NCBI GenBank assembly: GCA_030390025.1
Contig: JASTWF010000035.1
Location: forward strand, 3,968,001 to 4,032,000
Origin: Squalus acanthias
Lineage: Eukaryota
Length of the DNA: 64,000 bases
Reading direction: 5' to 3'
Positions within the stretch are counted from its first letter, which is position 1; each line of letters opens with the position of its first letter. A model generated the notes under the pieces. The model was given only the letters and a program-made list of their open reading frames with translations. It was not told where the DNA came from and searched no databases. Of the stretch, positions 22,206-33,617 are shown in pieces. Position numbers and translations under genes: made by a program.

Positions 22206-23949
22206 ATGGACTGCTTCATTATCTGAGGAATTGTGAATGGCACTGAACAGTGTGCAGTCATCAGCGAACATCCCCATTTCTGACCTTATGTTGGAGGGAA
22301 GGTCATTGATGAAGCAGCTGAAGATGGTTGGGCCGAGGACACTGCCCTGAGGAACTCCTGCAGCAATGTCCTGGGGCTGTGATGATTGACCTTCAATCAC
22401 CACAACCATCTTCCTTTGTGCTAGGTATGACTCCAGCCAGTGGAGAGTTTTCCCCCCTGATTCCCATTGCTTCAGTTTTACTAGGGCTCCTTGATGCCAC
22501 ACTCGGTCAAATGCTGCCTTGATGTCAAGGGCAGTGACTCACACCTCTCCTCTGGAATTCAGCTCCTTTGTCCATGTTTGGACCAAGGCTGTAATGAGGT
22601 CGGGAGCCGAGTGGTCTTGGCAGAACCCAAACTGGGCATCAGTGAGCAGGTTATTGGTGAGTAAGTGCCGCTTGATAGCACTGTCGATGACACATCACTT
22701 TGCTGATGATTGAGAGTAGACTGATGGGGCGGTAATTGGCCGGATTAGATTTGTCCTGCTTTTTGTGGCAGTTTTCCACATTGTCGGATAGATGCCAGTG
22801 TTGTAGCTGTACTGGAACAGCTTGGCTAGAGGTGTGGCTAGTTCTGGAGCACAAGTCCTCAGCACGATAGTTGGGATGTTGTCAGGGCCCACAGCCTTTG
22901 CTGTATCCAGTGCACTCAACCGTTTCTTGATATCACGTGGATGAATCGAATTGGCTGAAGAATGGCTTCTGTGATGGTGGGGAACTCGGGAGTAGGCCAA
23001 TATGGATCATCTACTCGGCAGTTCTGGCTGAAGATGGTTGCAAATGCTTCAGCCTTCTCTTTTGCACTCACGTGCTGGGTTAGGGTTAGGGTTAGGGTTG
23101 AAGTCCCCCACCCAGAGTACATTCTGTGCCCTTGCTACTCACAGTGTTTCTTCCAAGTGATGTTCAACATGGCGAAGTACTGATTCATCAGCTGAGGGAG
23201 GGCGGTAGGTGGTAACCAGCAGGAGGTTTCCTTGCCCATGCTTGACCTGAAGCCATGAGACTTCATGGGGTCCAGAGTCAATGTTGAGGACTCCCAGGGC
23301 CACTCCTTCCCAACTGTATACCACTGTGCCGCCACCCCTGGTGGGGCTGTCCTGCCGGTGGGACAGGATATACCCAGGGATGGTGATGGAGGAGTTTGGG
23401 ACATTGGCAGAAAGGTATGATTCTGCTGCTATGACTGTGTCAGGCTGTTGCTTGACTAGTCTGTGGGACAGCTCTCCCAATTTTGACACAAGTCCCAGGA
23501 TGTTGGTGAGGAGGACTTTGCAGGGTTGACTGGGCTGGGTGTGCCGTTGCCGTGTCCATAGCCGGTGCCGAGGTCGGTGCCGGGTGGTTCGTCCAGTTTC
23601 ATTCTTATTATTGGGTTTCGTAGCGGTTAGTTACAACTGAGTGACTTGCTCGGCCATTTCAGAGGGCAGTTAAGAGTCAACCACATTGCTGTGGGTCTGG
23701 AGTCACATATAGGCCAGACCGGGTAAGGACGGCAGATTTCCTTCCCTAAAGGACATTCGTGAACCAGATGGGTTTTTATGACAATCCGATAGTTTCATGG
23801 TCACCATTACTGATACTAGTAATTATTCCATATTTATTTAATTAACTGAATTTAAATTCCCCAGCTGCCGTGGTGGGATTTGAACTCTTGTCTCTGGATC
23901 ATTAGTCCAGGCCTCTGGATTACTAGTCCAGTGACATCACCACTACCCG
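22206..23949 (-). mobile_element. Second LINE family (APE endonuclease + RT), 5' portion with tRNA-like head, internally deleted
   Basis: [48 protein letters not shown] and MFADD; head with B-box GAGTTCAAATCCC (23875-23887). Confidence 0.85.
23077..23099 (+). repeat. Short interstitial telomeric repeat (TTAGGG)3 with partial flanks
   Basis: GGGTTAGGGTTAGGGTTAGGGTT at a deletion junction within the LINE. Confidence 0.85.
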
Positions 23950-24005
23950 TGCAGGGGCCAGGAGTGGGGTGGGGCCGGGTTTGATTGATGGGGGACATGG
24001 ACCGC

Positions 24006-24801
24006 CCCGAAATAACAGAAAAGGCTGGAAAAACTCAGCAGGTCAGGCAGCATCCGTGGAGAGAGAAACAGAGTTAACGTTTCAGGTCGAAGACCTTTCG
24101 TCAGAACTGGAAAAAAGCAGGAAATGAAATAGATTTTAAAGCAAGTTTAGGGCTGGGAAAAGGGGGAGGGGATGAAAGAACAAAAGGGAAGGTCAGTGAA
24201 AGGATAGAAAGCAGGAGAGATTAAGAGACACTGAGAGACATTAAGAGATATTCAGGGCAAGAGGAGGTGGAAATGGGACAGGTTGAGGAACAAAGGATGG
24301 CGCTAGATGAAGTGTGAATTGTGCTGGCAGAATGAAGGACAGCTGCCAGCTTCTGGGAGGGAAGAAAGAAGGGCCAAACAAAAGAGTGGATAAAAAAAAA
24401 AATTAATTTAAAAAAATATATATATATATGTGATAGGGGCCGGGGTTATGATCTGAAATTGTTGAACTCTATGTTGAGTCCAGAGGGCTGTAGAGTGCCT
24501 AAACGAAAGATGAGGTGCTGTTCCTCGAGCTTACGCTGAGCTTCCGTGGAACAATGCAAGAGGCCGAGGACGGTGAGGTCTGAGTGGGAATGGAGCGGTG
24601 AATTAAAGTGACAGGCCACCGGGAGCTCGGGGTCCCCCTTACGGACTGAACGGAGGTGTTCCGCAAAGCGGTCACCCAATCTGCGTTTGGTCTCCCCAAT
24701 GTAGAGGAGACCACATCGTGAGCAGTGAATACAGTATACTAAATTGTAAGAAGTACAAGTAAATCGCTGTTTCACCTGGAAGGGGTGTTTGGGGCCCTGG
24801 A
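24006..24801 (-). mobile_element. Penelope-like 3' fragment (GIY-YIG + terminal repeat)
   Basis: Near-identical inverse of about 18425-19213; VYCIHCSRCGLLYIGET. Confidence 0.92.
24072..24108 (-). ncRNA. Minimal type I hammerhead ribozyme (Penelope repeat)
   Basis: Exact reverse complement of 19112-19148. Confidence 0.8.
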
Positions 24802-25365
24802 CCACGCCCGGGGGCGGGACCAGCAGCACGGAGGGTGCGGGGCCCGGTTTGATTGACGGGGCAGGGCCGGGGGCGGGGACGAATTTAATTGAAGGGGGGA
24901 CAGGCACGGGCAGGGGGGGGGGCAGATTTGATTGACGGGGGGATGGGGGCGGGGCCAGATTTGATTGACGGGGGGACGGGGACAGGCCCGGGCCGGGGGC
25001 GGGGCCAGGTTTGATTGACGGGGGTCGGGGGCGGGGTTGATTGACGGGGGTCGGGGACAGGCCCGGGCCGGGGGCGGGGCCAGGTTTGATGGACGGGGGG
25101 GCGGGGCTCGGTTTGATTGACGGGGGGACGGGGGCGGGGCTCGGTTTGATGGACGGGGGCGGGGCCGGGTTTGATGGGCGGGGGCGGGGCTCGGTTTGAT
25201 GGACGGGGGCGGGGCCGGGTTTGATGGGCGGGGGCGGGGCTCGGTTTGATGGACGGGGGCGGGGCCGGGTTTGATGGGCGGGGGCGGGGCTCGGTTTGAT
25301 GGACGGGGGCGGGGCCGGGTTTGATGGGCGGGGGCGGGGCTCGGTTTGATGGACGGGGGCGGGGC

Positions 25366-25919
25366 CACTCTGACCTCACCGTCCTCGGCCTAATACACTG
25401 TTCCACGGAAGCTCAGCGTAAGCTCGAGGAACAGCACCTCATCTTTCGTTTAGGCACGCTACAGCCCTCTGGACTCAATATCGAGTTCAACAATTTTAGA
25501 TCATAACCTCAGCTCCAATCACATTTATATTTTATTTTATCTACCCTTTTATTTGTCCCCCCCACCTTTTTTTTCCTCCTAGAAGCTGGCAGCTGTCCTT
25601 CATTCTGCCAGTAGATTTCACACTTCTTTCAGCCTTAATCTGTCACATTAACACCACCTCTAGCCTTGCATATCTCTTAATGTCTCTTAATGTCTCTTCA
25701 TCTCCTCCTTTGTTCCTTTATCCCCTCCCCCTTTTCCCAGCTTTACCCTGGCCTTAAATCTATTTGATTTCCAGCTCTTCCCAGTTCTGATGAAAGGTCA
25801 TCGACCTGAAACGTCAACTCTCTTTCTCTCTCCACGGATGCTGCCTGGCCTGCTGAGTTTTTCCAGCGTTTTCTGTTGTTATTTCGGATTTCCAGCATCT
25901 GCAGTATTTTGCTATCGTA
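25366..25919 (+). mobile_element. Penelope-like 3' fragment
   Basis: HSDLTVLGLIHC...FNNFRS* followed by the terminal repeat ending TTTTGCTATCGT. Confidence 0.9.
25783..25819 (+). ncRNA. Minimal type I hammerhead ribozyme with canonical GUC cleavage triplet
   Basis: AGTT CTGATGA A AGGTC ATC GACCT GAAACGTC AACT. Confidence 0.85.
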
Positions 25920-26353
25920 TTGATTGACGGGGGGACGGGGGCGGGGCTCGATTTGATTGACGGGGGTCGGGGACAGGCCCGGGCCGGGGGCGGGGCCAGG
26001 TTTGATTGACGGGGGGACGGGGGCTGGGGCGGGGCCGGGTTTGATTGACGGGGGGACGGGGACGGGGCTCGGTTTGATTGACGGGGGCGAGGCCGGGTTT
26101 GATGGACGGGGGCGGGGCTCGGTTTGATTGACGGGGGGCCGGGGGCGGGGCCGGGTTTGATTGACGGGGGCGGGGCTCGGTTTGATTGACGGGGGTCGGG
26201 GGCGGGGCCGGGTTTGATTGACGGGGGGCCGGGGGCGGGGCCAGGTTTGATTGACGGGGGCGGGGCTCGGTTTGATGGACGGGGGCGGGGCCGGGTTTGA
26301 TGGACGGGGGCGGGGCCGGGTTTGATTGACGGGGGGCCGGGGGTGGGGCAGGG

Positions 26354-26553
26354 NNNNNNNNNNNNNNNNNNNNNNNNNNNNNNNNNNNNNNNNNNNNNNN
26401 NNNNNNNNNNNNNNNNNNNNNNNNNNNNNNNNNNNNNNNNNNNNNNNNNNNNNNNNNNNNNNNNNNNNNNNNNNNNNNNNNNNNNNNNNNNNNNNNNNNN
26501 NNNNNNNNNNNNNNNNNNNNNNNNNNNNNNNNNNNNNNNNNNNNNNNNNNNNN
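26354..26553. other. Assembly gap (200 N)
   Basis: Run of N between two different G-rich satellites. Confidence 0.99.
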
Positions 26554-26886
26554 GGGGTTTGGAGAGATGGGGTTGGGGCGGGGAGAGATGGGGTTGGGGT
26601 TGGAGAGATGGGGTTGGAGTTTGGAGAGATGGGGTTGGGGTTTGGAGAGATGGGGTTGGGGCGGGGAGAGATGGGGTTGGGGTTTGGAGAGATGGGGTTG
26701 GGGTTTGGAGAGATGGGTTGGGCTTTGGAAAGATGATGTTGGGGCGGGGAGAGATGGGGCTGGGGCGGGGAGAGATGGGGTTGGTGCGGGGAGAGATGGG
26801 GTTGGTGCGGGGAGAGATGGGGTTGGGGCGGGGAGAGATGGGGTTGGGCTTTGGAGAGATGGGTTTGGGGTGGGGTGGAGATGGTT
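26554..26886. repeat. 21-bp G-rich minisatellite, resuming at 29629-29865 after a CR1 insertion
   Basis: Repeated GGAGAGATGGGGTTGGGG(TTT/CGG). Confidence 0.95.
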
Positions 26887-29628
26887 GCAAGGAGTCTTGC
26901 GAGTAAGGCAGATGAATTGAAGGTGTTGATGAACACATGGGAGTATGATATTGTTGCTATCACAGAGACATGTTGAGGGAGGGGCAGGACTGGCAGCTCA
27001 ATATTCCGGGGTATAGAATCTTCAGGCGAGACAGAGGGGGGTGTAAAAGAGGAGGGGGTGTCGCAATATTAATCAAGGAGTCAATTACTACTGTAAGGAG
27101 GGATGATATCTAAGCAGGTTCCTCTAATGAGGCCATATGGGTAGAACTTAGGGGATTTCAACTTCCCCAATATTAACTGGGATAGTCAGAGTGTGAAAGG
27201 CATACAGGGTGCGGAATTCTTAAAGTGCAGCCAGGAGAGCTTTTTGAGCCAGCACATACAAAGTCCAACACGAGAGGGGGCGGTACTGGACCTAATTCTA
27301 GGGAATGTAGCCGGGCAAGTGGTGGATGTGTCAGTCGGAGAGCATTTTGGTGACAGTGACCATAATTCGGTGAGATTTAAGGTAGTCATGCAAAAGGACA
27401 AAGATGGACCGGAAATAAAGGTTCTAAATTGGGGGAAGGACAATTTTAATATGATAAGGCAGGATCTGGCCAAAGTGGACTGGGATCAGCTACTTGTAGG
27501 AAAATCCACATCAGAGCAGTGTGAGTCTTTCAGAAAGGAAATAGAGAGAGTACAATGCCAACATGTTCCCGTAAAGGTCAAGGGTGGGACCAACAAGCCC
27601 AGGGAACCCTGGATGTCAAGGGATATACAAGAATGGAGTAGGAAAAAAAGGGAGGCTTTTGGCAGATATAAAGGACTAAAAACAGTGGAAGCCCCAGATG
27701 AGTACAGAAAGTGCAGGGGATACTTAAAAAATAAATTAGGAGAGCGAAGAGGGGGCATGAAAAAACACTGGCGGGCAAAATAAAGGAAAATCCCAAGGTG
27801 TTTTATAAGTATATTAAGGGCAAGAGGATAAGCAGGGAAAGAGTAGGGCCCATTAGGGACCAAAGTGGCAATTTGTGTGTAGAGCCGGAAGATGTAGGTG
27901 AGGTTTTAAATGAATATTTTGCATCTGTGTTCACTATGGAGAAGGATGATTTAGGCATAGAAATCAGGCAGGGGGATTGTGATATACTTGAACAAATTAG
28001 TATTGAGAGGGAGGAGGTACTAGCAGTTTTAGCGGGCTTAAAAGTGGATAAATCCCCAGGCCCTGACGAGATGTATCCCAGGCTGCTGTGTGAGGCAAGG
28101 GAGGAGATTGCAGGGGCTCTGACACAAATTTTCAGAACCTCTCTGGCCACAGGGGAGGTGCCAGAGGACTGGAGAACAGCTAACGTAGTACCATTATTCA
28201 AGAAGGGTAGTAGGGATAAACCAGGGAATTACAGGCCAGTGAGCCTAACATCAGTGGTAGGGAAATTATTGGAAAAAATTTCTGAGGGACAGAATTAGTC
28301 TCCACTTGGAGAGGCAAAGATTAATCAAGGATAGTCAGCATGGCTTTGTCAGGGGGAGATCATGTCTGACCAATTTGATTGAATTTTTCGAGGGGGTGAC
28401 TAGGTGTGTGGATGAGGGTAGGGCAGTTGATGTAGTCTACATGGACTTCAGTAAGGCTTTTGACAAAGTCCCGCATGGGAGACTGGTCAAGAAGGTAAGA
28501 GCCCATGGGATCCAGGGCAATTTGGCACATTGGATCCAAAATTGGCTTAGTGGCAGAAGGCAGAGGGTGATGGTCGAAGGTTGTTTTTGTGACTGGAAGC
28601 CTGTGTCCAGTGGTGTACCGCAGGGATCGGTGTTGGGTCCTTTGCTGTTTGTAGTGTACATTAATGATTTAGATATGAATGTAGGAGGTATGATCAGTAA
28701 GTTCGCAGATGACACAAAAATTGGTGGAGTGATAAATAGCGAGGAGGGAAGCCTCATGCTACAGGACGATATAGACGGGTTGGTTAGATGGGCAGAACAG
28801 TGGCAAATGGAATTTAACCCTGAAAAGTGTGAGGTGATGCATTTTGGGAGGACTAACAAGGCAAGGGAATACACAATGAATGGTAGGACCCTAGGAAGGA
28901 CAGAGGATCAGAGGGACCTTGGTGTGCATGTACATAGATCCTTGAAGGCAGCAGGACAGGTAGATAAGGTGGTGAAAAAGGCATATTGGATACTTGCCTT
29001 CATTAGCTGAGGCATAGAATATAAGAGCAGGGAGGTTATGATGGAGCTGTACAAAACGCTAGTTAGGCCACAGCTGGAATACTGTGTGCAGTTCCTGTCG
29101 CCACACTTTTGGAAGGATGTAATTGCATTGGAGAGTGTGCAGAGGAGATTCACCAGGATGTTACCTGGGCTGCAGCGCTTCAGCTATGAAGAGAGACTGG
29201 ACAGGCTGGGGTTGTTTTCCTTAGAGCAGAGAAGGCTGAGGGGGGACCTGATTGAGGTGTACAAAATTTTGAGGGGCATAGATAGGGTAGATAGAAAGGA
29301 ACTTTTCCCCTTAGTAGAGGGGTCAATAACCAGGGGGCATAGTTTCAAGGTGAGGGGCAGGAGGTTTAGAAGGGATTTGAGGAAAAACTTTTTCACCCAG
29401 AGGGTGGTTGGAATCTGGAACTCACTGCCTGAAAGGGTGGTAGAGGCAGGAACCCTCACAACATTCAAGAAGCATTTAGATGAGCACTTGAAATGCCATA
29501 GCATACAAGGCTACGGACCAAGTGCTGGAAAATGGGATTGGAATAGACAGGGCTTGATGGCCGGTGCGGACACAATGGGCCGAAGGGCCTCCCTCTGTGC
29601 TGTATAAATCTATGACTCTATGACTCTA
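26887..29628 (+). mobile_element. 5'-truncated CR1 (most of ORF2, frameshifted) inserted in the satellite
   Basis: ORFs 27193-27783, 27798-28298, 28306-29010 and 29038-29607; (ATGACTCT) tail. Confidence 0.93.
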
Positions 29629-30099
29629 TGGGTTGGGGTGGGGAGAAATGGGGTTCGGGTTTGGAGAGATGGGGTTGGGGTGGGGAGAGGTGGGGTTGGG
29701 GTGGGGCGAAATGGGGTTGGTGTGGGGTGAGATGGGGTTGGGATGGGGTGGAGATGGTTGGGTTGGGGGTGAGATGGGGTTGGGTTGGGGTGGAGATGGT
29801 TGGGTTGGGGTGGAGATGGTTGGGTTGGGGTGGAGATGGTTGGGTTGGGGTGGAGATGGTTGGGGTAAGATCTAGGCTACCACAACCCAAATTTCTGGGT
29901 CTCACACACTGGCCTCTCGATCAGATGATGCTAGTTACAGGGGAAGGCTTATGGGATGTGGCTATGACCTGGGAAATGTCTAATTTAAAGGCTGTTCCAG
30001 CGATTGTGAAAGGACATTGAGATGGAGCGGAGGACTCTGGGCACTGCCTCTAGCATCACGGACCAATCATTCCCCGAGTGCTGTAAACATGTCTCTTAC

Positions 30100-30157
30100 C
30101 ACCAATCACTTGTAGGGAGAGAATTGTCAGACACGCAGCCTTCAGATACACCGTCAT
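30100..30157 (-). CDS. Candidate signal-peptide exon of a host gene: MTVYLKAACLTILSLQVIG + 1 nt (whole exon 30100-30172)
   Basis: Unique sequence; CTCAC branch motif and acceptor ttgctctctcag|; A at -3 of ATG; basic residue then hydrophobic core; phase-1 donor GTG|gtaaga. Confidence 0.65.
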
Positions 30158-30277
30158 AGTCCCCGCCACAACCTGAGAGAGCAACAGAGTGTTGTGAGTG
30201 CCAGCTCAGAGTGCTTATAATCTATTACCGTAACAACAAGGAGCGCAGCACCCTCAGGACCTGGGCCCGGAACAGCT

Positions 30278-33103
30278 CGGGGAATGGGGTACTCCTCCTC
30301 CCGGGAGAGAGTCCCCGGGGTTTGGGGAATGGGTCACTCCTTCTCCCGGGAGAGAGTCCCCGGGGTTTGGGGAACATAAGAACATAAGAAATAGGAGCAG
30401 GAGTAGACCAATCGGCCCCTCGAGCCTGCTCCGCCATTCAATGAGATCATGGCTGATCTGATCCAACCTCAACTCTAAAGAACACAAGAAGTAGGAGCAG
30501 GACCAGGCCACTTGGCCCCTGGGCCCGCTGCGCCACCCACAGGGCCTTGACCGATCCGAACTCAGCCTCATGTCCAATTTCCAGCCCGCTCCCTGTAACC
30601 CCTAATTCCCTTTACTTCTAGGAAACGGTCTATTTCTGTTTTAAATTTATTTAATGAAGTAGCTTCCACAGCTTCCTGGGGTAGCAAATTCCACAGACCC
30701 ACTACCCTCTGAGTGAAAAAGTTTCTCCTCATCTCAGTTTTGAAAGAGCAGCCCCTTATTCTAAGATTATGTCCCCTAGTTCTAGTTTCACCCATCATTG
30801 GGAACATCCTCACCGCGTCCACCCGATCAAGCCCCTTCACAATCTTATATGTTTCAATAAGATCGCCTCTCATTCTTCTGAACTCCAATGAGTAGAGTCC
30901 CAATCTACTCAACCTCTCCTCGTATGTCCACCCCCTCATCCCCGGAATTAACCGAGTGAACCTTCTTTGTACTGCCTCGAGAGCAAGTATGTCTTTTCTT
31001 AAGTATGGACACCAAAACTGTATGCAGTACTCCAGGTGCGGTCTCACCAATACCTTATACAACTGCAGCAATACCTCCCTGTTTTTACATTCTATCCCCC
31101 TAGCAATAAAAGCCAACATTCCATTGGCTTTCTTGATCACCTGCTGCACCTGCATACTAACTTTTTGATTTTCTTGTACCAAGACCCCCAGATCCCTTTG
31201 TACTGCAGTACTTTCCAGTTTCTCGCCATTAAGATAATAACTTGCTCTCTGATTTTTCCTGCCAAAGTGCATAACCTCACATTTTCCAATATTGTATTGC
31301 ATCTGCCAAATCTCCGCCCACTCACCCAGCCTGTCAATATCCCCTTGTAGGTTTTTTATGTCCTCCTCACTCACTACTTTCCCTCCCATCTTTGTATCAT
31401 CTGCAAACTTTGATATGTTACACTCGGTCCCCTCCTCCAAATCGTTAATATAGAATGGGGATAGGGAATGGGTCACTCCTCCTCCCGGGAGAGTCCCCAG
31501 GGTTCGGGGAATGGGTCATTCCTCCTCCCGGGAGAGAGTCCCCGGGGTTCGGGGAGTGGGTCACTCCTCCTCCCGGGAGAGTCCCCAGGGTTCGGGGGAT
31601 GGGCCGCTCCTCCTCCCGGGAGAGAGTCCCCAGGGTTCGGGGGATGGGTCATTCCTCCTCCCGGGAGAGTCCCCAGGGTTCGGGGGATGGGCCGCTCCTC
31701 CTCCCGGGAGAGAGTCCCCAGGGTTCGGGGAGTGGGTCACTCCTCCTCCCGGGAGAGTCCCCAGGGTTCGGGGAGTGGGTCGCTCCTCCTCCCGGGAGAG
31801 AGTCCCCGGGGTTCGGGGAGTGGGTCACTCCTCCTCCCGGGAGAGAGTCCCCGGGGTTCGGGGAGTGGGTCGCTCCTCCTCCCGGGAGAGAGTCCCCGGG
31901 GTTCGGGGAGTGGGTCACTCCTCCTCCCGGGAGAGAGTCCCCGGGGTTCGGGGAATGGGCCGCTCCTCCTCCCGGGAGAGAGTCCCCGGGGTTCGGGGAA
32001 TGGGCCGCTCCTCCTCCCGGGAGAGAGTCCCCGGGGTTTGGGGAATGGGTCACTCCTCCTCCCGGGAGAGAGTCCCCGGGGTTCGGGGAATGGGTCACTC
32101 CTCCTCCCGGGAGAGTCCCCGGGAGAGTCCCCGGGGTTCGGGGGATGGGTCACTCCTCCTCCCGGGAGAGAGTCCCCGGGGTTCGGGGGATGGGCCGCTC
32201 CTCCTCCCGGGAGAGAGTCCCCAGGGTTCGGGGAATGGGTCACTCCTCCTCCCGGGAGAGAGTCCCCGGGGTTCGGGGAATGGGTCACTCCTCCTCCCGG
32301 GAGAGAGTCCCCGGGGTTCGGGGAATGGGTCACTCCTCCTCCCGGGAGAGAGTCCCCGGGGTTCGGGGAATGGGTCGCTCCTCCTCCCGGGAGAGAGTCC
32401 CCGGGGTTCGGGGAATGGGCCGCTCCTCCTCCCGGGAGAGAGTCCCCGGGGTTCGGGGAATGGGCCGCTCCTCCTCCCGGGAGAGAGTCCCCGGGGTTCG
32501 GGGAATGGGCCGCTCCTCCTCCCGGGAGAGAGTCCCCGGGGTTCGGGGAATGGGCCGCTCCTCCTCCCGGGAGAGAGTCCCCGGGGTTCGGGGAATGGGC
32601 CGCTCCTCCTCCCGGGAGAGAGTCCCCGGGGTTCGGGGAATGGGCCGCTCCTCCTCCCGGGAGAGAGTCCCCGGGGTTTGGGGATGGGTCACTCCTCCTC
32701 CCGGGAGAGAGTCCCCGGGGTTCGGGGAATGGGTCACTCCTCCTCCCGGGAGAGAGTCCCCGGGGTTCGGGGAATGGGTCCCTCCTCCTCCCGGGAGAGA
32801 GTCCCCGGGGTTCGGGGGATGGGTCGCTCCTCCTCCCGGGAGAGAGTCCCCGGGGTTCGGGGAATGGGCCGCTCCTCCTCCCGGGAGAGAGTCCCCGGGG
32901 TTCGGGGATGGGCCGCTCCTCCTCCCGGGAGAGTCCCCGGGGTTCGGGGGAATGGGCCGCTCCCCCTCCCGGGAGAGAGTCCCCGGGGTTCGGGGAATGG
33001 GTCGCTCCCCCTCCCGGGAGAGAGTCCCCGGGGTTCGGGGAATGAGCCGCTCCTCCTCCCGGGAGAGAGTCCCCGGGGTTCGGGGAATGGGTCACTCCTC
33101 CTC
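30278..33103. repeat. 45-bp (43-bp variant) GC-rich satellite with internal palindromes, interrupted by a CR1
   Basis: CCCGGGAGAGAGTCCCCGGGGTTCGGGGAATGGGCCGCTCCTCCT in tandem; 15-aa periodicity in the ORF track. Confidence 0.97.
30373..31453 (-). mobile_element. Young 5'-truncated CR1, same subfamily as 49794-54508
   Basis: Open RT C-terminal frame YINDLEEGTEC...AGNWT*, double 3' UTR, (CTTATGTT) tail. Confidence 0.95.
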
Positions 33104-33137
33104 CAGCAAAGGCCCAAAGCCAAGTAATGTGGAGAAT

Positions 33138-33617
33138 AGAGTCATCGAGTTATACAGCACAGAAAGAGGCCCTTCGGCCCATCGTGTCCGCGCCGGCCAT
33201 CAAGCCCTGTCTATTCTAATCCCATTTTCCAGCACTTGGTCCGTAGCCTTGTATGCTATGGCGTTTCAAGTGCTCATCTAAATGCTTCTTGAATGTTGTG
33301 AGGGTTCCTGCCTCTACCACCCTTTCAGGCAGTGAGTTCCAGATTCCAACCACCCTCTGGGTGAAAAAGTTTTTCCTCAAATCCCCTCTAAACCTCCTGC
33401 CCCTTACCTTGAAACTATGCCCCCTTGGTTATTGACCCCTCTACTAAGGGGAAAAGTTCCTTTCTATCTACCCTATCTATGCCCCTCATAATTTTGTACA
33501 CCTCAATCAGGTCCCCCCTCAGCCTTCTCTGCTCTAAGGAAAACAACCCCTGCCTGTCCAGTCTCTCTTCATAGCTGAAACGCTCCAGCCAGGTAACATC
33601 CTAGTGAATCTCCTCTG
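33138..33617 (-). mobile_element. CR1 3' fragment
   Basis: Inverse match to 29140-29620. Confidence 0.9.

Larger units (their letters stand above)
24802..26353. repeat. GC-box-rich minisatellite (~21-30 bp units), interrupted by a Penelope fragment; stub also at 23950-24005
   Basis: Repeated GGGGGCGGGGC(C/T)(G/C)GGTTTGAT(T/G)GAC. Confidence 0.95.

Noticed and set aside
24772..26963. Pro-rich or Gly-rich ORFs
   Set aside because: Translations of G-rich minisatellites, partly spanning an N gap.
30173..30228. Upstream donor CG|gtaata defining a first intron
   Set aside because: The implied 56-nt intron is shorter than usual for vertebrates.
31455..33281. Long ORFs of 450-608 aa on both strands
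   Set aside because: Products of a stop-free 45-bp satellite; open in several frames with no domain signal.
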